From a virus (lineage: Duplodnaviria > Caudoviricetes): a stretch of 33,742 nt of DNA. The DNA lies in the IMG/VR virus record IMGVR_UViG_3300031766_000033, positions 1 through 33,742 of that record; one strand, given 5' to 3'. The stretch's first letter is position 1. The number at the start of each line of letters is the position of its first letter. The notes under the pieces were generated by a model, which was not told the DNA's origin, did no database searches, and saw nothing but the letters and a program-made list of their open reading frames with translations. The translations under genes were made by a program, and so were the position numbers. This document shows positions 27,442 to 33,742 of the stretch, in pieces.

Positions 27442-27734
27442 CAGAATGGCAGGTCGTCGTCAAAGTCTACTTCAGCAGACGGAGCGGCCTGAGCAACTGG
27501 AGCAGGAGCAGCGTCTCGTGGCGGCATCCACTTAACAGAAAAATAAGAGCTGCCTCCTCCTTCTGGCTTATTTACATACACCTTAAGAGAAATATTACCG
27601 TTTTTATTTAGGGATACCTGATTAGTATCTAACGCTGCAACAAGCTCGCGCAAAGCGTCAGGCGTTATCTGACCGTAGTAGGAATCATCGTAAGTGGATT
27701 TATTGATGCTTGTTAGCGTTTTGAATTGACTCAT
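27441..27734 (-). CDS. Single-stranded DNA-binding-like protein
   Basis: Pro/Ala linker and acidic C-terminal DFDDDLPF tail; next to the exonuclease and ERF genes. Confidence 0.65.
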   Translation of the reverse strand: MSQFKTLTSINKSTYDDSYYGQITPDALRELVAALDTNQVSLNKNGNISLKVYVNKPEGGGSSYFSVKWMPPRDAAPAPVAQAAPSAEVDFDDDLPF

Positions 27735-28324
27735 AACAACCTCTTGGTTTCGGATTTTATAATTTCAGCAGTCTCTATTAGTAAAGGCTCTGCCAGTTTT
27801 AACAGTTTGTCGTCTCTCTTTACCTTTATTAGAAGTGGCTCTAAGTCAGGATGGTATGAGAGAAACCAGTATTCGGATAAGTCCAAAACGAGCATAGTTC
27901 CTTGGACTTGCTGTGTATAAATTGTTGGCAACTTACCCTTACGCAAGTATGCAACGTGAGTACTAGCGTTAGGACATTTGATCTCGATGCCTGTGTCATT
28001 GAACAGGCCGTCAACTGAGCAGCCTATCTCATGGTCGTCCATCTTAATCAGACCAGTTTCTTCTATGTCTACCCCTAGCATCAATTCTGCTAACGCTCTA
28101 GCCTCTGGCTCCAAGTCGTTACCTCTTTGCATCGCGTCCGACTTAAACGTCTCTGTCGGCTTCTGTAGCAGGTTCTCGGCAATCAATTGATTGATTAGTC
28201 CGTCACGGCTAGTAGACAGTTTCCCTGCGGTAGTAAATACCTTAGAGAAGTTACTCGCTGTCACGACACCAATGCGTTGGATGAGCCAATCGGTCGTACC
28301 CTGTACTGCCATAGATATTCTCAT
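27731..28324 (-). CDS. Lambda-exonuclease / YqaJ family 5'-3' exonuclease
   Basis: QGTTDWL, VTASNF, MQRGNDLEPEAR, GCSVDGL, IEIKCP, YTQQVQG. Confidence 0.93.
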   Translation of the reverse strand: MRISMAVQGTTDWLIQRIGVVTASNFSKVFTTAGKLSTSRDGLINQLIAENLLQKPTETFKSDAMQRGNDLEPEARALAELMLGVDIEETGLIKMDDHEIGCSVDGLFNDTGIEIKCPNASTHVAYLRKGKLPTIYTQQVQGTMLVLDLSEYWFLSYHPDLEPLLIKVKRDDKLLKLAEPLLIETAEIIKSETKRLL

Positions 28325-28436
28325 TTGGTTTCCATAAGCTGTTAAGTAAACGATAGAGCCTTAGACAGTTCTTACACATGGTGTCTAATGATGCTCTTCT
28401 CTCTGAGCAAGCTCGGCACTTTATCTGGTCGGTCAT
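28251..28436 (-). CDS. Small CxxC-CxxC protein
   Basis: CRAC...CKNC; the start overlaps the ERF stop (ATGA). Confidence 0.5.
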   Translation of the reverse strand: MTDQIKCRACSERRASLDTMCKNCLRLYRLLNSLWKPNENIYGSTGYDRLAHPTHWCRDSE

Positions 28437-29017
28437 TGTAAGTTCGCTATAATTTCACAGGCAGTATCGTAGTCTGTCACGCGAAGCTCAGTGAGGTTCT
28501 TGATGTTTTTCCACTTGAGGATTCGCTTTTCATCAATGCTTTTAGCTGCCAAAAGATTCTGGATTTTACCCACTTGTTCGGCGCTGATCGTAGGAGATGG
28601 CGACTCATGCGACACTTCGTCAGCGTCAGTGTCTTCCTGCGTACTTACTCCAGCAGCAGCCGCTAGGGCAAATTTGCGAACGTAAGTCAGCAGTGATCCG
28701 TATGCTTGTGGGTCATGCTTAGAAGATGGAACGCCAAATCGTGAGCGCATCCACTGACCGCTAGAGTGGATAAGCATAGTCTCTACGCCTACTTCTCCGT
28801 TAATAGAATAAGGGTGTTGGGTATAGCTGATGCCGTTCGCAGTGAGAGTTTCTTTAACCGCATCACGGATATCATCAAGGGTGGCGTAAGCGCCAGTTTT
28901 GCCAGTTGCCTTGTCAGCGAACCGACTATTGATGCCAGACATCTTAGCCTTTGGCATGACTGATTGAGCCTTGGCGAGTGCCGCTGCAAGTTCGTTTATT
29001 TGTTCTGATTGCTTCAT
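28433..29017 (-). CDS. erf: ERF family ssDNA-annealing recombinase
   Basis: INELAAALAKAQ, YATLDDI, LIHSSGQW, QAYGSLLTYVRKFAL, QEDTDA. AGGAGA RBS upstream of the ATG at 29017. Confidence 0.93.
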   Translation of the reverse strand: MKQSEQINELAAALAKAQSVMPKAKMSGINSRFADKATGKTGAYATLDDIRDAVKETLTANGISYTQHPYSINGEVGVETMLIHSSGQWMRSRFGVPSSKHDPQAYGSLLTYVRKFALAAAAGVSTQEDTDADEVSHESPSPTISAEQVGKIQNLLAAKSIDEKRILKWKNIKNLTELRVTDYDTACEIIANLQ

Positions 29018-29039
29018 AAGTAATCTCCTTGAGTAGACT

Positions 29040-29068
29040 AATCTACCTAATATGATTACCAACTGCAA
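29040..29068 (-). promoter_or_regulatory. Sigma70 promoter for the leftward early operon
   Basis: TTGCAG-17 nt-TAGATT on the minus strand, just upstream of the erf RBS. Confidence 0.65.
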
Positions 29069-29125
29069 GAAGTTTTTAGGAGGCAAAACTAATTATTTTT
29101 GTTTTGTTTTGTCCCTACTATAGAT

Positions 29126-29164
29126 AAAAAAAAGCCCTGAGCGTTTCACAACGTGTCAGGGCTT
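29126..29164 (-). terminator. Rho-independent terminator for a minus-strand RNA
   Basis: AAGCCCTGA (29132-29140) pairs with TCAGGGCTT (29156-29164), with an inner GCGTT/AACGT stem. A8 on + is U8 on -. Confidence 0.8.
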
Positions 29165-29191
29165 GCAAATCTAACTCAAGGGGACTACTAT
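29163..29191 (+). promoter_or_regulatory. Sigma70 promoter for the rightward RNA
   Basis: TTGCAA-17 nt-TACTAT; predicted start about 29198. Confidence 0.7.
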
Positions 29192-29194
29192 TGG

Positions 29195-29610
29195 CTTGTC
29201 GGTGGGTTAGCAGCCCTAAATTCTGACTTGACTAAGGAGAAGTAGAAACCCGACAAGGGATATTCTACACCATCCTGTAAGATCCTACCAAGTCCTATAC
29301 CGAACGTGTGGCAAAGCCTGACGTACTCTGGCTCATGTGGTAGCTGACCCTGAAATTAGCCGCAGAAATGTGAGAAGCAAGTGACCTAACAACCTGCGCT
29401 GACTCGCCCATGTCAACAGGTAACCGCAAACACACACAACCAGGTCGCGAGCTAGGCATTGAAATAACTTCCAGTTAAGTCTGGCGGGGGAGCGGTTCAC
29501 CACTGTGGATCGTTGCAATGAGTACCAAGTCTTCGGACTTTCCGTTTTGGAGCGCTAGGACACCTAATGCCGTGGGTGTGTTTGCGGGGGAAAATGGGCG
29601 CTTGTGCCTG
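29195..29610 (+). ncRNA. Putative large structured RNA (about 410 nt)
   Basis: Perfect 12-bp long-range helix (29424-29435 with 29576-29587), cUUCGg and GAAA tetraloop hairpins, many further stems with G-U pairs. No credible ORF. Confidence 0.7.
29262..29291 (-). promoter_or_regulatory. Promoter for the antisense RNA
   Basis: TTGGTA-18 nt-TAGAAT on the minus strand. Confidence 0.55.
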
Positions 29611-29626
29611 TAATTTGGAGATCAAA

Positions 29627-29803
29627 ATGGACGACCTATCAGAGAAGCCATGCCGCTGCGGCGAAGTCATGGGAGAAGTCATAGGCTTCAACCATCGTCA
29701 AACAGATGACACATATCAAATGTACCGAGTCTGTTGGTACTGTCCAGAGTGTCACGCCACTGAACAGGCGATTGGTAGAGAACGAGTTGTTGATACAAAA
29801 TGA
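29627..29803 (+). CDS. Small zinc-ribbon-like protein
   Basis: GGAG RBS at 29617-29620 and ATG at 29627; CRCG...WYCPEC. Confidence 0.7.
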   Translation: MDDLSEKPCRCGEVMGEVIGFNHRQTDDTYQMYRVCWYCPECHATEQAIGRERVVDTK

Positions 29804-29825
29804 TATAACAAGTAAACAAAATATG

Positions 29826-29857
29826 TTGACTCCTGTGTTTTTGGTAGGCAGTATTAT
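29826..29857 (+). promoter_or_regulatory. Possible promoter for the helicase operon
   Basis: TTGACT at 29826 preceded by an AT-rich tract. The -10 is either CAGTAT (17-nt spacer) or TATTAT (20-nt spacer); neither is ideal. Confidence 0.4.
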
Positions 29858-29877
29858 CCCAACCAAAGGAGAACGAC

Positions 29878-30258
29878 ATGACTTTAATTGACGCGATTGA
29901 CGAAAATCTGGACGACTTGGTAGACCCAAAGAACCGATGTGTAGAAGCAACGGACGCAGCAGCTAACGCGCTAGTCATTGCCTGGACTGAGGAAACCCCT
30001 TACGAATTGCAAGAGATGATGTTTTGCGACAGCTCAGAAGCTGACTGTCAGCAGTTCCATGTTGACATGGCAAAAGCATTCGCTGGCGAGATCACGCATG
30101 ATCAGTTCTTCATTAAGTACGAAAAGTTCTATGACATCGCTAAGCGCGAAATCATGGATGACCTAGATTCTAAAATCTGGAATAGGTACACAGACCTAAA
30201 CGACGTACCGCCACTAGATATGTATGACTACAACGGCGTTCGCAGGGAGGACTTCTAA
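29878..30258 (+). CDS. Hypothetical acidic protein
   Basis: AAAGGAG RBS; coupled to the next ORF. Confidence 0.7.
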   Translation: MTLIDAIDENLDDLVDPKNRCVEATDAAANALVIAWTEETPYELQEMMFCDSSEADCQQFHVDMAKAFAGEITHDQFFIKYEKFYDIAKREIMDDLDSKIWNRYTDLNDVPPLDMYDYNGVRREDF

Positions 30259-30494
30259 TGTGGATTTTAACGAGAAATGGTCAAAAGTTTGGTTATGCAA
30301 CAACTGATAAGGCCGCGATAGAAAAGTACCGTGGATGGTACATCGAAGACCATTATAAAGCCGAGGCTGCTCAAGTTCAGCTAAGGCTGTGGAATGCTTC
30401 AAAGACTACCATTCTACAGTCAGATGCAGAGCAGATAGCTCGTGACACGCTTGAAGAGGAAATCGGCGTAATGCAGATCAAGCAGCATGATTGA
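30258..30494 (+). CDS. Hypothetical protein
   Basis: GGAGG RBS and TAATG coupling. Confidence 0.65.
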   Translation: MWILTRNGQKFGYATTDKAAIEKYRGWYIEDHYKAEAAQVQLRLWNASKTTILQSDAEQIARDTLEEEIGVMQIKQHD

Positions 30495-31992
30495 ACTAAG
30501 ACCTCACCAAGAGTCTGCCGTAGAGCAGATCAGGCAGTCTCTGAGAAAGGGGAATAAACGCCCTCTCTTGGCAGCTCCTTGTTCTATGGGTAAGACAATG
30601 ATAGCTGCGTTTATCATGATGAGGGCGGCAGAGAACGGCGTTAGAAGTATCTTCTTCTGCGACCGAGTTAAGCTCGTAGGCCAGACGGTTGAGACGTTCG
30701 AGAGGCTCGGCGCTGACTTTAGCGTAATGCAAGGCGATGACCCCAGGTACGACCCTAACAAAATGATACAGATCGCATCTATTCAGACAGCGGTTCGCAG
30801 AAAGCATCTAAACTTTGGCCTGGCGATAGTAGATGAATGTCACACAATGTATAAGGGTCTGGTAGACGGCTTTATGACCAGGTATGACAACGTACCATTT
30901 ATAGGGCTGTCAGCTACCCCTTACTCTAAGGGTCTGGGTAAATACTGGGACGATTTACTCGTACCCATCACGCCAAGGCAATTAATCGACCTGGGTTACC
31001 TATGTCCCACTGATTACTACGTTGGTGAGACCATTAGTACCAAGGGGATCAAGAAGAAAGCCTTGCCTACAGGCGGTAGCGACTTTGATGCAGAATCTCT
31101 TGGCGCTGCGATGATTGATTCAGAGACTTTCAACGGTGACGTAGTAGAGAACTACCGTGTCCACTCTGGCGACCTCACTAAGCGAGCGATAGCGTTCAGT
31201 CCTTCCGTGGCGCACTCCAAAGCATTAGTAGAGAAGTTCAACGCAGCAGGAATCCCAGCTCTACACATAGACGGCTATATGCCTGAAGAAGAGCGCAAGT
31301 ATATCTACTCAGATCATCGAGCAGGTAAAGCGCTTGTACTGTCATGCAGTCGATTGCTCGGTACTGGCTACGATGACCCCTCAGTAGAGATATTGATAGA
31401 TTGTTTCCCTACGTCTAAGAACTCTAAGATAAGTTGGATACAGCGAGCAGGTCGCATATGGAGAATAGCGCCAGGAAAGGAACGCGCTATCTACTTAGAC
31501 CACGCAGGTAACCTTCATCGCCACGCTATGTTCCCAGAGGATGTTATCCCTGACTCTCTTCATAGCGGAGACAAGAAGTTCGATGAGCGAGAGCAGACTA
31601 AGAAGGAAGAGAAAGAGCCAATCATGCGTGACTGTCCGGTATGCTCCGCGACATTCACTGGGCGTAAGTGCGCCTGTGGCTATGAACTGGCTATGACAGA
31701 GCCTGTATTTAAGGACACAGGCGGTCTGTTGAAGAAGGTAGACAAGCTGACCTTGAGCCAGGACAAAAACAGATGGTACGGAGAACTGCTCTATCACGCC
31801 AGGTCTCGCGGATGGTCAGATGGATGGGCGGCTCACGCTTATAGGGATAAGTTTGATGTCTGGCCTCGCAACGTAGATAAAGTTCCAGTAAAAACAGAAT
31901 CTAAGGACGTAAAGAATTGGATACAAATGCTGACGATAAGAAGGGCTAAAAGCAATGCTAAATATCTCAATAGTTCTAGAGCGATTAGATAA
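30487..31992 (+). CDS. Superfamily 2 DNA helicase (DExH, RadD/YejH-like) with a C-terminal zinc ribbon
   Basis: LRPHQ, APCSMGKT, IVDECH, GLSATP, GTGYD, QRAGRIWR, LDHAGN, CPVC...CAC. Confidence 0.93.
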   Translation: MIELRPHQESAVEQIRQSLRKGNKRPLLAAPCSMGKTMIAAFIMMRAAENGVRSIFFCDRVKLVGQTVETFERLGADFSVMQGDDPRYDPNKMIQIASIQTAVRRKHLNFGLAIVDECHTMYKGLVDGFMTRYDNVPFIGLSATPYSKGLGKYWDDLLVPITPRQLIDLGYLCPTDYYVGETISTKGIKKKALPTGGSDFDAESLGAAMIDSETFNGDVVENYRVHSGDLTKRAIAFSPSVAHSKALVEKFNAAGIPALHIDGYMPEEERKYIYSDHRAGKALVLSCSRLLGTGYDDPSVEILIDCFPTSKNSKISWIQRAGRIWRIAPGKERAIYLDHAGNLHRHAMFPEDVIPDSLHSGDKKFDEREQTKKEEKEPIMRDCPVCSATFTGRKCACGYELAMTEPVFKDTGGLLKKVDKLTLSQDKNRWYGELLYHARSRGWSDGWAAHAYRDKFDVWPRNVDKVPVKTESKDVKNWIQMLTIRRAKSNAKYLNSSRAIR

Positions 31993-32380
31993 GGTTCGCA
32001 AGACCCCTAATGGATGGACTGCTTGCTGTCCTGTTCATGGTGACAGAAATCCCTCGATGAGCATTACTGAGAAAGACGACGTTATCCTATGTCACTGTCA
32101 CGCCTGTGGCGCTAACGGCGTTGACGTAGTTGCTGCGGTTGGTTTGAAGCCAGAGGTCTTGTTTGATAAGCCGTTTGAACGAGAGGAAGACAAACACTGG
32201 CTGCTCAATAAAAAGGCTGATTGGGATGAGTGTATAATAGCTATGGCAGATGAGACGATTAAGCGAGGCGAGAGGATTGCTTACGGTGACTACAAAACTA
32301 TCAAAGAGTCTCTAGCCAGGCGAGAGCAAAGAAGGAAGATTGGCCTCCCGATAATTTTTAATATGGACATAATCCTATGA
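31955..32380 (+). CDS. Stand-alone primase-type CHC2 zinc-finger protein (no TOPRIM domain)
   Basis: WTACCPVHGDRNPSMSI...CHCHACG; only 141 aa. Confidence 0.85.
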   Translation: MLNISIVLERLDKVRKTPNGWTACCPVHGDRNPSMSITEKDDVILCHCHACGANGVDVVAAVGLKPEVLFDKPFEREEDKHWLLNKKADWDECIIAMADETIKRGERIAYGDYKTIKESLARREQRRKIGLPIIFNMDIIL

Positions 32381-32601
32381 GTCTTGCAGATATAGATAAA
32401 AACACAGTCATCCTTAGCCGCACTCCCTACAAAAGCGAAATAACCGAAGCGAGTAAGACTGAGCTGCAAGCAATCATCGATGCAGACATTGCTCGGTTTC
32501 TCAAAGCTGGCGGTAAGATACAGAAGATAGATTATCAGCTAACTAATATGAAGCAGAAGGAAGGGCGTTCGACTTTGGACTTCAGGAATAAGTTCTTGTA
32601 G
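32377..32601 (+). CDS. SutA RNA-polymerase-binding-domain-like protein
   Basis: IDADIARFLKAGGKIQKI resembles the SutA FLxxGGKVQxI motif. Confidence 0.55.
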   Translation: MSLADIDKNTVILSRTPYKSEITEASKTELQAIIDADIARFLKAGGKIQKIDYQLTNMKQKEGRSTLDFRNKFL

Positions 32602-32667
32602 TTGCGCGTTGGCTGGGTAGGCCACAAAGAGTAAAAGGAAGGCAAAACTCACCGCGCATAATTAATT

Positions 32668-33375
32668 ATGCCTATACGGAATAAGGATAGCAAGATGTTT
32701 CATGTCACAATGGACACAAGACGAATGCATAAGTTCTTGGATGACCACTCTAAGAACCAAGTTCCTTATGCTACCGCCCAGGCCATCAATAAGATGCTAT
32801 TTCAGGGTAAACAAGGCACTAATAAAGACATGGATAGGGTTTATGATGGGGGAGCTACTAGATGGACTAAATCGGCTGTACAGTACCTAAAAGCGACCAA
32901 AGAGTTGCCATTTGGGTTCTTGTACATTAAAGATGATCGGCCTTATGTGATGACTACCATTGATGGAGGTCAAGTCACGCCGAGTAAGCAGGTATTGATT
33001 AAGCCGATGAATATCTCTACAAACCGCTACGGAAACATAGCTAAAGGCGCTATTGCAAAGCGGTACGATAACCCTAAGTTCTTCTCAGGCAAGCCATATA
33101 GAGGCACAGCTCCTAACTCTGCTCGTAAATCAGTATCCCATAGCGCTGATGACCCAGATGTTGGCCTTTGGGAGAGAATGGGTAGAAAGGGTAAACGTGG
33201 CGGTATCGCTCGGCAAACCATTAGAATGGTAGTAAAGTTCGGTAACACGAGAATGCAAAGGCGATTCTTTGATGCCAGGAAAATGGCAAAGACTAGATTC
33301 CAAAAAGATTGGCGCAAGACATTCGCTAGAGAGTTAGTGAAAGCTAAGGTCAAGGCGCTCCAGCGTGGCAGGTAA
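32668..33375 (+). CDS. Basic tail completion protein (gpZ-like), displaced upstream of the terminase
   Basis: QVPYATAQAINK, ATRWTK, VGLWER, RRFFD; very basic. Confidence 0.55.
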   Translation: MPIRNKDSKMFHVTMDTRRMHKFLDDHSKNQVPYATAQAINKMLFQGKQGTNKDMDRVYDGGATRWTKSAVQYLKATKELPFGFLYIKDDRPYVMTTIDGGQVTPSKQVLIKPMNISTNRYGNIAKGAIAKRYDNPKFFSGKPYRGTAPNSARKSVSHSADDPDVGLWERMGRKGKRGGIARQTIRMVVKFGNTRMQRRFFDARKMAKTRFQKDWRKTFARELVKAKVKALQRGR

Positions 33376-33376
33376 G

Positions 33377-33628
33377 TATCCCATGGCTATCCCATGGTTA
33401 TATATAGGTGAACAGGTATGAGTAAAGGTTCAAAACAGCGACCCAGGAAGGTGAAGAAGAGCCAGTTTGAAGAGAACTGGGATAAGATATTTGGCAAGCC
33501 TGGTGAAAAGAAGCCGCCGAAGAAATCGTGAGTATCCCATGGCTGCGGGTGAGCATCCCATGGCTATGGTTCAGCATCCTATGGCTATCCCATGGCGCTA
33601 TGTGGCTATCCCATGGCTATCCCATGGC
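33377..33628 (+). repeat. Eight copies of the 11-mer YATCCYATGG(C/T)
   Basis: Copies start at 33377, 33388, 33533, 33554, 33575, 33586, 33607 and 33618. Confidence 0.92.
33418..33531 (+). CDS. Small basic protein, 37 aa (not in the ORF track)
   Basis: AGGTG RBS; MSKGSKQRPRKVKKSQFEENWDKIFGKPGEKKPPKKS. Confidence 0.65.
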   Translation: MSKGSKQRPRKVKKSQFEENWDKIFGKPGEKKPPKKS

Positions 33629-33742
33629 TTTTTTGGTCGGATCGACCTCGGATCGGCCTCCGCAAGCGACCCTGAACGCGAATTATTCGCATTCCGCTTT
33701 GAAGTCCTGTCCTCGAAAAGTCTATATAAAACAAGCGCTTAG

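Larger units (their letters stand above)
29126..29255 (-). ncRNA. Putative ~130 nt antisense RNA
   Basis: Bounded by a minus-strand promoter (29262-29291) and a minus-strand terminator (29126-29164). No ORF. Contains a three-way-junction fold. Confidence 0.6.

Noticed and set aside
29018-29086. N-terminal extension of ERF given in the ORF track
   Set aside because: It spans the promoter and RBS; the family-like sequence begins at the ATG at 29017.
29195-29257. tRNA or c4/CI-type RNA
   Set aside because: Only two internal arms, no T-loop (TTCGA) or CCA end, and no cognate target repeats or antirepressor gene seen.
29333-29691. Minus-strand ORFs (61 and 64 aa) and the 29567 upstream extension of the zinc-ribbon ORF
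   Set aside because: No RBS or recognisable motifs. The region is better explained by RNA structure, and the RBS-supported start is at 29627.
33377-33628. Possible CRISPR array
   Set aside because: Repeats are only 11 bp with 0-10 bp spacers, and there are no cas genes.
33467-33742. 91-aa ORF from the track
   Set aside because: TTG start with no convincing RBS. It overlaps the better 37-aa ORF, and its HPMA/IPW repeats are just translations of the DNA repeats.
1-33742. Terminal redundancy / proof of a circular complete genome
   Set aside because: Only 'TAG' is shared between the two ends, which is too short. No cos overhang could be identified, so completeness is unproven.

Overview
The window is a nearly or fully complete ~33.7 kb genome of a tailed dsDNA phage with a lambda-like (siphovirus-type) virion module; no host genes or integrase are visible. 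The + strand from 80 to 25288 carries packaging, head, tail, fibre and lysis genes. These are Nu1/gpA-type terminase, lambda-type portal, a fused protease-capsid polyprotein, tail genes with a G/GT frameshift, tape measure protein, a J-like tip protein, fibre/adhesin genes and a lysis cassette. The - strand from 29017 to 25278 carries a recombination/early operon (ERF, lambda-type exonuclease, SSB-like protein, HTH, NinG, DUF3310). The + strand from 29627 to 33531 carries a minimal replication/regulation module: SF2 helicase, a stand-alone primase zinc finger, a SutA-like protein and a gpZ-like protein. Two things stand out. (1) A ~410 nt, apparently highly structured non-coding RNA (about 29198-29610) sits where lambdoid phages keep their initiator gene. 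A convergently transcribed ~130 nt antisense RNA overlaps it, a ColE1 RNAI/RNAII-like layout, and the phage lacks both an initiator and a catalytic primase. (2) A Thr-rich fibre protein has two arms that are mirror-ordered around a 6-Cys knob, and it is encoded next to a KpsC/KpsS-like glycosyltransferase, suggesting a glycosylated stalk-and-knob adhesin. All family calls come from motif recognition by eye, not from database searches.
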